A model generated the notes under the pieces. That model worked only from the letters and a program-made list of their open reading frames with translations, was not told where the DNA came from and searched no databases. 64,000 nt of DNA from assembly GCA_020891255.1 (NCBI GenBank), contig BQFW01000005.1:1178001-1242000 (forward strand). The letters run 5' to 3'. Positions 1 through 9,357 of the stretch are shown here, piece by piece (within the stretch, counting starts at the first letter, position 1; each line of letters starts with the position of its first letter). Source of the DNA: Entomortierella parvispora E1425. Its lineage: Eukaryota; Fungi; Mortierellomycota. A program made the translations under genes and the position numbers.

Positions 1-3000
1 CGTTCCTTGGGAGAGACGATGGTCAATTCCAGCACTCCATCTCGAATTCGGCACTGCTTTGTGTCTATACAAGCCAAGTCGTCCGGTCGAAGGAGTCCTA
101 CCAGTCCCAGCAAGAAGCATGTCTTCGATGTCAAGTGCCTAATGTTTAGGCCCTTGTTCTCACCCTTCTTGAGGATCTCGATGAAGATAGGTGTCGTATC
201 CGCGTCGTCGTGACGTAGCCGCTTGAGTGTGTGTGCACCAATGACCTTTAGAAAATCTGACAGATTTTCATCCGCTCGCCACTCTTCCTGACGGTCCCTC
301 GGGAAGAGTTTGAGTACTGATGACAAGTAGGCTCGGGCCGTTTGCGGCTTCCAAGCCCTAATCTCCACTCCATAGTTCAGGAAGTTCATCAAGTCCGTAG
401 GTGAGGTATCCTCTAGTGGTCGACCTCTCTCCTGCATCCATTGCGTGAATGTTCGTTGACTCGATGTGCTCTTGTTCCTTTCCTGAGCGGATTTGGAGTC
501 AAACAATCGGCGAATGACTCCTGCGTCGGCCCCTGTGGTCACAGCTTGCTGCCGTCGACGCTCCACGCTGTTAACTGCCACATGGGGTTCCGCTCCAGTG
601 GCTGTGGGCTGTTTCCTGGTGCGGGTTGTACCATTGTCCTCGGTACTGGGATTGGGCTGTGTGTTGACATGGCCTGGATTGTAGGGTACCAAATCATAGC
701 AGGCCACTGTGGTGTGATCACTGTCGCCTGCACCTTGTCCGTTCTGATCTTCTCCAGGACTCGGTTGAGGAGTGACCACGGTGGGCAGATGTAGACTCGG
801 CCCAGGTCCTTCCAACTGAAGCTGAACGCATCCTGTCTCCACGCTGTCTCCTCGTGCATCCAGGAGACGTAGCGTTGAGTCTTCGCGTTCTTTGCCGTGG
901 CGAATAGATCGACTGAGTGATGTCCCCAGGTCGAGTCTAGCTGTCGATAGAACGAGTTGTTGATCGACCACTCCAACTGTGCTGTCATGCGTCTCGATGG
1001 TGAGTCGGCTGGATTGAACTGAGACGGTACGTACGTTGTCATGAGTCGGGTTCCCGTCTTGATGCAATAGTCCCAAATTTGTGTTGCTAGGTCCAGCAAT
1101 CGCTTTGATTTGGTCCCTCCAAACTTGTTTATCTGCGCAATTGCCGTCGTATTGTCGCAGATTACCTGGATTGTCCTGCCTCGCATGTCCGGCAGGTGTA
1201 TCAGATGCCATATCACCTTCAATTCCTTGTAATTGATGTGATACGGTTGCTCCTCCTGTGTCCATGTCTTCGAGATCTCCTCGTCCTCGTAGACTATCCC
1301 CCATGCGTCCTGAGATGCATCCGTGAATACATCGATCTCTGACCTCTGGGGGAGGAATCCCTGACCATTCCATGTCGACAGGTTTTTGCACCACCATTGA
1401 AGATCCTCTTTCGATTGGTGGTCCAGTGTGACAGACTCCGTCCATGGGCAGTTCCTTGCTAATGCTGAGTTCTGAGCTTGGATGAGTCGGCGCGTCTTTA
1501 GTCGTGCTGGAAAGATGGCCACTGTCATGGACATCGCTCTCCCTATGAAGGACGCCAATCTCTTCAGCGGGACTGCTGCTGCCTGCAGCATCTTGTTGGC
1601 TTCTCTCCTCAGGTCTCGGATCTTGTTCCCCGGGACTGACAGTGACATTTGGACGGTGTCTATGTGAAATCCCAGGTGATTGATCTGTTGCAAAGGCGTA
1701 AGCATTGATTTCTCGTTCTGAATGAGGAATCCCAGTCGTTCCAGCTTCTGACGTACCATGAGAGTGTGTCTTTCTGACTCTTCTCTGCTGGTTGCGGCAA
1801 CTAATATGTCGTCTAAATATGCTGAAATGCGGATCCCCTGTTTGCGTGCCCACTGCAGGATGGGTCGTATGATCTTGGTGAAGACGTAAGGGGACAGTGA
1901 GAGACCGAATGGAAGGGTCCTGAACTGATATGTCTTCCCGTGCCATCGGAAGCGTAGGTAGCGTCGACTTTTCGGCTGTACGGCGACGTGGAGGAAGGCG
2001 TCGCTTAAGTCGATTGATGTCAACCAATCCTTCGGCCGCAACATTTGGCAGATGTGAGTGAGCGTCTCCATCTTGAAATGTGGGGCCTTCAGGTGTTGGT
2101 TGAGAGGTCGAAGGTTGAGGACAGGGCGGAGGCCCCCTGTCTTCTTGGGTATTGTGAATAGACGGCTGTAATATCCCCAGCCTGAGCATTCTTCTATGGC
2201 CCTTTTTTGTAATAAAGAAACGATCTCTTTGTTTATTTCCTCCTTCTCCGCTGGTGTGGTGTAGGGATCGTGGATTGGTGGGAGGCGCATTGGCGGTGGT
2301 TTGCTGAAGACGATCGAGTACCCCTTGCTGACAATGTTGTTGACCCAAGTTGAATCTGTCATCTCCTCCCATTCCCGTTTGAATTGGAGAAGGCGTGCTC
2401 CTACTGGCGCTCCTTCTCTGATCCGTTTCCCTTGTCTCCTGCAGACTTGTTGTCGTCGTAGTTGCTCGACTTTCTGGCCTTGTAAGGGCGGTTGTTCCTG
2501 CCGCCACCGTCACGGCTATTTGTTGACTCCTTTGACTTCTCGTGGGTAGATTTCTTGTCTGAGTCCTCGGGTTGCTTCTTCTTGAACCCGGGTTTCTTAT
2601 GCAAGGGTCTCTTGCTTTCCTTGACGCTTGGCTTGGTGTAAGTCTTGCTGACGAGGTCCACAGTCGTTCTACGTTTGGCGAGGTCTTCCAGAGTGAGGAT
2701 AGCATTCTCCTGGGGCTCTGAAGTTGGGAGTTCCAGATGGCGGAGATAGATGTCCTTCCGCATGAGGCTGATCTTGGAGGCGTCGTTAGATACCAAGATG
2801 CGGGCAGTGTTGACAAATGAAATGACGTGCTTGGCGAGCTCGTCTGCGTCCATTTCATATGTGAGAATTTCGTCGACGAGTGTGTCGAACAATCTCGTGG
2901 AGTTGGCCATGTGTCCCTGAATCTTGGCCAGGTCCTGCTCATGTTTGCGAGCCAACTCTGGGAGGGTGACGCCCTGATGTTCCAAGACTGGTGGTGCTTT

Positions 3001-3302
3001 GTAGACCATACCATCGGTGTAGTGATAGTCGTTCCAGTCAAAGAGGTTATGTCCTGCAGGGAGGACAGTGTTGAAGAAGTGTTTTTGTGTGATTGCTGGG
3101 TACTGATTCTGAAGTTCCGGGTATTGTAAGAGAGTGGTTGCTCGGTCACTCTTGTAGACCACTTGTCCAGGACGAATGTCGCTCTCAGTGGCTTGGTCCT
3201 GTAGCTCCTTGAGGAGTCGATCTTGGTCAGATAGTTTCTGGGTAAGAGATAGGACCGCAGCTGCCAAGGTGGCAATGTCGGGGGAAGATTGGGTGGTGGC
3301 AT
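1..3302 (-). CDS. DIRS tyrosine recombinase ORF, 3'-partial, with a long N-terminal extension overprinting gag and pol (not in the ORF track)
   Basis: Manual translation gives ...TFTQWMQERG...LMNFL...TARAYLSSVLKLF...SKTCFLLGLVGLLRPDDLACID...LTIVSPKER at about 1-470, which includes the catalytic Arg and Lys regions of DIRS YRs. I checked every codon of this frame from 3308 to 1 and found no stop. First ATG at 3302; upstream TAA at 3311-3309. The true start is unknown. Confidence 0.8.
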   Translation of the reverse strand, partial: MPPPNLPPTLPPWQLRSYLLPRNYLTKIDSSRSYRTKPLRATFVLDKWSTRVTEQPLSYNTRNFRISTQQSHKNTSSTLSSLQDITSLTGTTITTPMVWSTKHHQSWNIRASPSQSWLANMSRTWPRFRDTWPTPRDCSTHSSTKFSHMKWTQTSSPSTSFHLSTLPASWYLTTPPRSASCGRTSISAIWNSQLQSPRRMLSSLWKTSPNVERLWTSSARLTPSQASRKARDPCIRNPGSRRSNPRTQTRNLPTRSQRSQQIAVTVAAGTTALTRPESRATTTTTSLQETRETDQRRSASRSTPSPIQTGMGGDDRFNLGQQHCQQGVLDRLQQTTANAPPTNPRSLHHTSGEGGNKQRDRFFITKKGHRRMLRLGILQPSIHNTQEDRGPPPCPQPSTSQPTPEGPTFQDGDAHSHLPNVAAEGLVDINRLKRRLPPRRRTAEKSTLPTLPMAREDISVQDPSIRSLTVPLRLHQDHTTHPAVGTQTGDPHFSIFRRHISCRNQQRRVRKTHSHGTSEAGTTGIPHSEREINAYAFATDQSPGISHRHRPNVTVSPGEQDPRPEERSQQDAAGSSSPAEEIGVLHRESDVHDSGHLSSTTKDAPTHPSSELSISKELPMDGVCHTGPPIERGSSMVVQKPVDMEWSGIPPPEVRDRCIHGCISGRMGDSLRGRGDLEDMDTGGATVSHQLQGIEGDMASDTPAGHARQDNPGNLRQYDGNCADKQVWRDQIKAIAGPSNTNLGLLHQDGNPTHDNVRTVSVQSSRLTIETHDSTVGVVDQQLVLSTARLDLGTSLSRSIRHGKEREDSTLRLLDARGDSVETGCVQLQLEGPGPSLHLPTVVTPQPSPGEDQNGQGAGDSDHTTVACYDLVPYNPGHVNTQPNPSTEDNGTTRTRKQPTATGAEPHVAVNSVERRRQQAVTTGADAGVIRRLFDSKSAQERNKSTSSQRTFTQWMQERGRPLEDTSPTDLMNFLNYGVEIRAWKPQTARAYLSSVLKLFPRDRQEEWRADENLSDFLKVIGAHTLKRLRHDDADTTPIFIEILKKGENKGLNIRHLTSKTCFLLGLVGLLRPDDLACIDTKQCRIRDGVLELTIVSPKE
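539..2362 (-). CDS. DIRS pol: reverse transcriptase, RNase H and Dam-like N6-adenine methyltransferase domain
   Basis: Motifs YSRLFTIPKKTGGLRPVLNL, SIDLSDAFLHV, LPFGLSLSPYVFTK, AYLDDIL, FTDAS and DLFAT...DAFSFSW...CPPW. The frame stays open upstream to about 2517 and reads PVGARLLQFKREW, which is typical of the DIRS RT N-terminus. Confidence 0.95.
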   Translation of the reverse strand: MTDSTWVNNIVSKGYSIVFSKPPPMRLPPIHDPYTTPAEKEEINKEIVSLLQKRAIEECSGWGYYSRLFTIPKKTGGLRPVLNLRPLNQHLKAPHFKMETLTHICQMLRPKDWLTSIDLSDAFLHVAVQPKSRRYLRFRWHGKTYQFRTLPFGLSLSPYVFTKIIRPILQWARKQGIRISAYLDDILVAATSREESERHTLMVRQKLERLGFLIQNEKSMLTPLQQINHLGFHIDTVQMSLSVPGNKIRDLRREANKMLQAAAVPLKRLASFIGRAMSMTVAIFPARLKTRRLIQAQNSALARNCPWTESVTLDHQSKEDLQWWCKNLSTWNGQGFLPQRSEIDVFTDASQDAWGIVYEDEEISKTWTQEEQPYHINYKELKVIWHLIHLPDMRGRTIQVICDNTTAIAQINKFGGTKSKRLLDLATQIWDYCIKTGTRLMTTYVPSQFNPADSPSRRMTAQLEWSINNSFYRQLDSTWGHHSVDLFATAKNAKTQRYVSWMHEETAWRQDAFSFSWKDLGRVYICPPWSLLNRVLEKIRTDKVQATVITPQWPAMIWYPTIQAMSTHSPIPVPRTMVQPAPGNSPQPLERNPMWQLTAWSVDGSKL

Positions 3303-3390
3303 CGGACATTAGATCAGGATCAGTCGAGTTTCGGGGGATGATTAATGTCCGGCCGCGTGAAAAAGAAAGATGGAGATCTGAGAGATGCAT
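2401..3390 (-). CDS. DIRS gag-like ORF1
   Basis: 329-aa ORF directly upstream of pol in another frame, with a coiled-coil-like N-terminus and a basic C-terminus. Candidate ATGs at 3390 and 3309. Confidence 0.75.
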   Translation of the reverse strand: MHLSDLHLSFSRGRTLIIPRNSTDPDLMSDATTQSSPDIATLAAAVLSLTQKLSDQDRLLKELQDQATESDIRPGQVVYKSDRATTLLQYPELQNQYPAITQKHFFNTVLPAGHNLFDWNDYHYTDGMVYKAPPVLEHQGVTLPELARKHEQDLAKIQGHMANSTRLFDTLVDEILTYEMDADELAKHVISFVNTARILVSNDASKISLMRKDIYLRHLELPTSEPQENAILTLEDLAKRRTTVDLVSKTYTKPSVKESKRPLHKKPGFKKKQPEDSDKKSTHEKSKESTNSRDGGGRNNRPYKARKSSNYDDNKSAGDKGNGSEKERQ

Positions 3391-4123
3391 CGAGAGATCC
3401 CTTTATTGCAGAGCAATTTTTTCTTTGGAGTCACGTGAGATCAATAAAGAAAGATACACACAGATAGAGTCCCTTGGAGGGGGAAGAATAATGTGTTCCC
3501 TGCGGCGGATGGCAGGCACACAGCTCACGTACATACAAGCATTCGCATCAGGAGATAAGATTCATATCCAGTAATGTGTTCTTACTCTTCCTAAACAAAT
3601 GTACCTGAATAAAGAGCGCGCAACGGTGCTAGGGACCAAGTACGGCCGAAAGGCGGTGCTTTTAATCTCTAGGGAAAGAACAGGGTGAGATCCAGAGCCC
3701 AAGCTTTAGATCCCAAGCACGTAGCTCACCCTCCTCGTTCGCACATTGAGGAAACAGAGCACGTTCGGGGATCGCAATCTGCGTGCAGCGCGAGAGCTGC
3801 CCGGACATAAAAAAGCCACCACTTCCCGAGAACTCTGTGCTCCCACCTGCCCGCTCACTCCGGCAACTGCGCATGACATTCTTCCCACGGTGAACGGCGA
3901 TCTTTTCAGTTCACTCAGAAGCAGAACGTAGGCGCTTTCTGCGCTATTTACAATATACTTTCTTCGTGCATCATCATCAAAAAGTGCACAGGCAAATATT
4001 CTTGAAGTGCTTACTTTCTTTCTTTGGATCTTTTGATTCTCTACTCTCTCAAACTGTTCAACTGCAATGACCCATCCGTCCGTTCACTAGCAGGGGTCCT
4101 GTTCCAGCAATGGCTCTTCTCAG

Positions 4124-4717
4124 ATGAACAACTGGGAACCATCCTCAGAGTGCCGAGTCAAGAGTAATGAAGCAAATTCAGAACATCCAATCCCGAGGCT
4201 GTTCATCATTCTCTCCGAGTCCACCGGCAGGACGTGGTGCCCATCCAACAAGATCTCGAAACAGCAGCAACAATATTCGCTCCAGCCTAACCGATATCGT
4301 CTCCACTTTCTTTGCGAGTCGGGAGTACACAGGGTACACGGAGGATGTGGGTCTCTCATGGACCTGCATGGCGTGCACAAGATCCATATGACAGATCATC
4401 CAGGTTACCCAATTACCCCTCACACAAAGTTCCTGAAAGAACATGGACCCTCCATTTTGGCCATGACTCGTGTACTCGCTATGGTGTTGCGGATAAGCCT
4501 TCAAACACCCTCCTATCGTGAGCTAGGCTTGGATGAACCGTCGGTATTCCTCTTGCAGTCTAGAGTTGCAGATACAATGGAGGAGACCCTATTAGATCCG
4601 TTGAGCATGGAGGGTTTTCTCGCTAGCGTTGACAAGGAGAGCACGTTTGGGAACCTTACGAGGATCGTGACATTTGGGGGACAGGTTCAGTGGTCTTGCT
4701 CAAAACATTTGGTTTAG
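4124..4717 (+). pseudogene. Truncated member of the Mortierellaceae PIPRLF/LRR (RNI-like) family; stops before the LRRs
   Basis: EHPIPRLFIIL...YRLHFLCESG...IHMTDHPGY...FLKEHG...L and GNLTRIVTFGGQVQWSCSKH match motifs I recall from this family (EYPIPRLF, FRLYFLCECG, HLAKHEGY, LGNLYRIVT.EGHVKWVC). A stop follows immediately. Confidence 0.55.
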
Positions 4718-5231
4718 TAAAAGATGGCGCTCCTCACCATAAAAAAGCGAACCATACAACAAAGCAATAGAAGGAATCTAGGCTCTTGCTCTCTCACTGC
4801 TGTGGTTTTTTGATTTTTTTTGTGTTCACTCATTTCTTGCTCCCACGCTGTTTTTTTTTTGTGTGTGTTTCCCTTCAATCATGATTTGCAAATCCTTCCA
4901 ATGGTTTGTAGGGCTTCTTGTTCCCGAAGACGCCAATTCCAAGGTAAAGCCAAACCTAAAGTAGAGGAGGAGCGAATTGTAAAGTACCTGCTTGCCTGCT
5001 CCTTATCTGTATGGCCTCCCTTCAATGCCTTTCCTCGAAAGTCCCTGTTCCCCTGCATCGCCCGGTGGAGCATCAGTTAATGTTGACCAATTTCTTGTAG
5101 TCGAGAAATTGATCAGTAACAGCGTGCACTGGTATCTTGAGATAAAGGTCCTGTCTGGAGAGCCCGAGGATGAACAAAGAAGCTGTTACAGGGATCCCTG
5201 TGCTTACCATGATGATAACTATGTGTCCAAG

Positions 5232-5370
5232 TAGGAGTCCGAATCCGATCCCGACTGTACTTCCGAGTCTGATTCCCATTCCGAGTGTGGGTCCGAATCT
5301 GATTCCAACTAAGGGTCCAAGTCTGATTCCGACTGCGGGCCCGAGTCCGAATCCGACTATGAGTCCGAGT
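5232..5370. repeat. Degenerate hexamer-based (CCGANT) tandem repeat with about 24-30 bp higher-order periodicity
   Basis: The + frame reads SPNPIPTVL-PSLIPIPSVG-PNLIPTKG-PSLIPTAG-PSPNPTMS. Confidence 0.75.
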
Positions 5371-5431
5371 AGCTCTCTCTGAATATTAATAAAAAGAAAA
5401 AAAAAGTGAACTCGGCATGCTTTTATTCGAA

Positions 5432-7649
5432 TTATTTACGGCGAGGAACTGGCCTGTAGATATTCCACTTGCACAGCAACTTCTTGAACTCAGGATTGAG
5501 AATCAATTTGAGCGGGCCACAATTTGGGCCATCGCGTAGTTTCTCAAGTTCTGCACACGCCTCCTCTGCGGACGCGACAGCGCCAATTGCCATGGCCGCG
5601 CGGATCACACGGACGAGCCTCCCCCTGTATTCAAAATGGTTGCAGTGTTTCTTCAGTGCCGTCCAGACCCTGCCATGGGTCGCAATCAAGGTCTCCATTG
5701 ACGGTTCGCCCTCCCAACCGATCGTCCATTCCTTCCAGATATCATTGACCACTAGATTTGTTCGGACAGGCAACGGAAACGGACCTTCCTCGACAGGAAA
5801 TTTCAAAGGCGGGCCTTCGAGAAGACTGTGCTTATTTTCAGTGACAGTAACGCCTCTCTGTGGTTTTTTCTTGACTTTTTTACTCTTGGTGGCTCTTGCA
5901 AAATCGACGTCATCGTTGGTACCATCCTCGATAAAATAGGCTAGTGGACGTTTTCGCGTCTCATGGTGGTAGTCCACATAGCGGACCATACCGATGTCTT
6001 GGTCGGATATAGGTGCAATATGATTGTTTTCAGCCCCCGATTTAAGGGTGATCCTCGTGGGAATGTGACCAGCATGACTGTTCCCGGGCTTCAGATTCTG
6101 ATGGTTTCGGTTGTGCTCGTTCGTCGCGTAATCGTGAGTTGGCGCCAATTCAGCATGATCATGTTCCAGCCTGGATTCTGAGTAATCACGATGCGGCCCT
6201 GATTGGTAAGGGTCATGGTTGGGCAGCTGTCTGGAAAGCAGGTGGGGCTTTGGGTTGACACGGATGTCAACACTCTCTAGGCGTCCCTGATCACATTGAA
6301 ACGCCAATTTGGAAGAGTCTTGAATAGGTTCTACCTGTATCATCTTGAGAGCTGACGAGATCCTTACACCAGTTGTCAAGCCGTAATAATGTTGTGCTCG
6401 GATGGCGTCAACCAACGTCCTGAGCGATCCAGTGTCGCCTCTCAGTTCTTCCAAAACCTCGACGGCCTCTTCAGTCGTCAAATCCCTATCTCTGCATAAC
6501 CGAACGAACTCTGTGACGATCACCCGCCGATTCTCATATTCTTCCCGCGCATGGTCTTCCCACCATCGACTCGGATAGAGGCTGTTCAGATCTTGGATGG
6601 CGGGTCGACCTTTGTATCCATAGCGCCACTCCTGCAAAACAGCATGCGTCGTCGTGACCTCAGTCCTGAAGCCGTATTGAGGGAGCCCCGGTATTGTTGC
6701 CTTCTGGATGGTTGAAGAATAGGCATCCGACACAAGCTTGAATTCCGTAAAATTGAACTTCGAATCCAACTGGTAGTTTTGCTTGTTGATTTCCTTCGAA
6801 GTGTTGGCCTTGCGCTGGTCGTGGTGCTGCGTTCCCTGGTCCTGCTGACGAACTCCATAATGAGGGCGGTCATTCAGAGCAGACGGCGATTGTAGTGTGA
6901 TATCTGAGCCACTCCTCCCTGTGATAACCGTTTGCTCGACAAGTGTCAGAGTGGATGAAACACTGCGAGCAGAGCCAGGTGATAGATGTCGCTCATCCGG
7001 GCATGTATCTGATCCACAATCCCGATCGGGCTTTCCAGAATGTATGGACGGGGGCGGTTTTGAAGAAATAAAAGGCAAGGAGCTGTTGTCAGAGAAAGAG
7101 ATGGACGAGGAGGGCGAGGACGGAACAATATCCTCATGGCCGTCTTGATGACACTGTTTTGCAAGTATCGATAAGGCACCACTTTCTCTGTCGGGAAGGG
7201 GGGACGTCGCATCAGAGCTGGACGAGAAGTGTTGTCTGTTGCGTCTCAGGTTCAAAACTGGTTCGATAAAGACGCGTGAGGCCACAATGGGTATCCTTGT
7301 TGGGTACTTTTGTGCCAGTCGGTTCAGGTGCTCTTCCATCGGTGCCACAAACTCTTCAATGAACAGAGTCAGAGTCTCCCATGTTGGCAGTGTCTCGTAT
7401 CCTGTTTCCTGACACCATTCCTACCGAAAGTAATCAAGGGAGCGGATGGAGGCATGTAAGCTGGACTACTTTGACTCTCTTGCATACCATGCAGCAGCAA
7501 GTGCTAGGGCACAGAGAACATGCTATTACCTCCCAGTAGACAAGACCTCGCTCTTCATCTGACAGGCTCAGTCGCCTGCTGGATGTCAAAAGTGTTTCCT
7601 CATTCATTAGCCGAAGGTCGTGTCTAATGTCGGGAGAGGACGTGCCCAT
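5432..7649 (-). CDS. Crypton/Ndc10-Gcr1-like putative DNA-binding protein with two GCR1_C domains; exons 7649-7530 and 7420-5432
   Basis: GT..AG intron 7529-7421 joins YWE|EWCQETGYETLPTWETLTLFIEEFV, which resembles the Crypton/Gcr1 N-terminal module. Two GCR1_C-like segments follow: TTHAVLQEWRYGYKGRPAIQDLNSLY...RRVIV and VNDIWKEWTIGWEGEPSMETL...RGRLVRVI. Confidence 0.75.
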
Positions 7650-7939
7650 AGGGATGGGAGAGTGTGGATTCGATGTTGCGGGGATTGCGATGAGTGTCGC
7701 ATGAGTCGATTCAGTGGAAGAGAAGAGGAGAGCTTCACCTCGCTTTGCTCGCCGCTTTTAACCGCAGCCACATACTGTTGCACGTGATTAGTCTGACATG
7801 GAAAAAAAGCGCCCGGCCTTCAGGAACCAGGGGTTCTTGGAAACGCAGCATCGCTGTTTGAATGACTAGCAGAGCTGAATCATATCTGATGCATCTAAGC
7901 AGAAGGGGATGAGATGGCGAGCACAAGAGTACATATCAA

Positions 7940-8640
7940 TCAAGCGGTCTTTCTAAGAAGGCGCGCCAGCTTTGCCAAACAAGGAACAGTCCGTCCGTAC
8001 GTCCTTGAGCACAAGGGCTCACAGATCCAACTTTTTCCTTTCCTTCTGGACCTCTTGACCTTGAACGCCGTTACCAGAACAATCACAGCAGCAATAATAA
8101 TAATAATAATAACAAGAGATGGCCCATGCGCTTGACCTGCCATAAAATATCGAGGTGCTTTGCTCGTACCTTCCGCAAGACCCTCGCGCGCTGCGTCTGT
8201 GTCTCCCGTCATTGGCATGACAAATTTACCGGCTATTTATGGCAGGATTGCCAGCTGTCGCTCTACAAAATGAGCACGATCTGCTCTTGCAAAGCATGCC
8301 CATCTTGTCCCATCTTGTCCGGCACCCCCATGCAACCAAATAACAGCTGTCGCAGGATTTCCTTTTGCAGATGCCATCTCTTCGGACCCTCGGCGCCCTG
8401 TACTATAACGATAGTGACTGTAATGTCCCGTGTAGCGCAACAGTGGTGCGTGGCCAGGTTCATTTATCGACATTGGAAAAACGGGGAAGATCTATTTTTT
8501 GTAACATTTTACTCTTCTTTATTACACGGTGACGAGCCGTGGCATTTGTTGCGCGGGGATCTGGAGTCTTAGTTCGTCTGGACCACACGGCTTTGCTCAG
8601 GTTGTAGATAGTTTGGTCTCGCACCTCACTTCTTTGGCTC
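7940..8640 (-). pseudogene. Possible decayed kelch-like single-pass membrane protein fragment
   Basis: Broken frames contain TIYNLSKAVWS, AVIWLHGG and a clear TM helix followed by a basic stop-transfer stretch (SLVIIIIIIAAVIVLVTAFKVKRSRRK). Stops and frameshifts interrupt them. Confidence 0.3.
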
Positions 8641-9357
8641 GATATAGCAAATAAAATGGTGCAAAAAAAAAAAAAAAAAAGCCTCTGTACCCTTGCTCCT
8701 TGTTTCCATCTCCTGTGGGCCAGTGAGAGTCGTACCTTCCGTGTTTTCTTTCCTTGTGGGAGTTAGTGAACATTCAATTGTCATCGGTGCAACTTGTCGA
8801 TCCCTCCATTATATCACAGCCTCTACCTCTGTCTTGTCCCCTATACGACCGTTCTGAGCTCCAACACTCATGAACACGAGTTTTTCGCGAGTTGAGCTTG
8901 TGTCTGCAAGTCAATATAGGAGGGAATTGACATCCTGGCCCCTGGTGTAGCTGAGTTTCCTATACGACGCAGCCATGCGCTAGAAAGAGTGGGTTTCGAT
9001 GAGCTGAGCGCTCCATGTTTTGAAGAATGGTCGCTCGATCAAGGTGGTCTACTTTCGGCACCAAATACGGATGATTTCGGTCCTGTTCCTGCGGTTCTTC
9101 CAAAGTTCCATAGGGTATAGGCCCGGCGGGTGCAAATGGTTTTCAGAACTTTGACTGTAGAGCTGGAATTGATCAAGTCTGCCCAACGCTTAGAAGACCA
9201 TTGACGAGCCACGCTTTAAAGTCATCCTGAATCATCCACCACAGATCACTATAGATGGTACGCCAACGCGAATTCGGCTGCATGTCGTCTGTAATCATCT
9301 GTTGTTGCAGACTCAGTGAATGGAAACAGTTGATCTGCAGTTGGACGCATTTGTCCT

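Larger units (their letters stand above)
1..3500 (-). mobile_element. DIRS1-like tyrosine-recombinase retrotransposon (gag + RT/RNaseH/MT + YR); 3' end lies beyond the window edge and the 5' boundary is unresolved
   Basis: Three overlapping minus-strand frames: gag-like 2401-3390; RT (YLDD), RNase H (TDASQDAWG, CDNTTA, NPADSPSR) and Dam-like methyltransferase (DLFAT...YICPPW) at 539-2362; tyrosine recombinase motifs at 1-560. No terminal repeat can be confirmed because only one end is visible. Confidence 0.92.

Noticed and set aside
600-920. Horizontally acquired bacterial Dam methylase gene
   Set aside because: It is the standard MT domain fused to DIRS pol, not an independent gene.
8900-9100. 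GIDILAPGV resembling a subtilase motif
   Set aside because: It is an isolated short match with no catalytic D/H/S motifs nearby, and the frame has stops.
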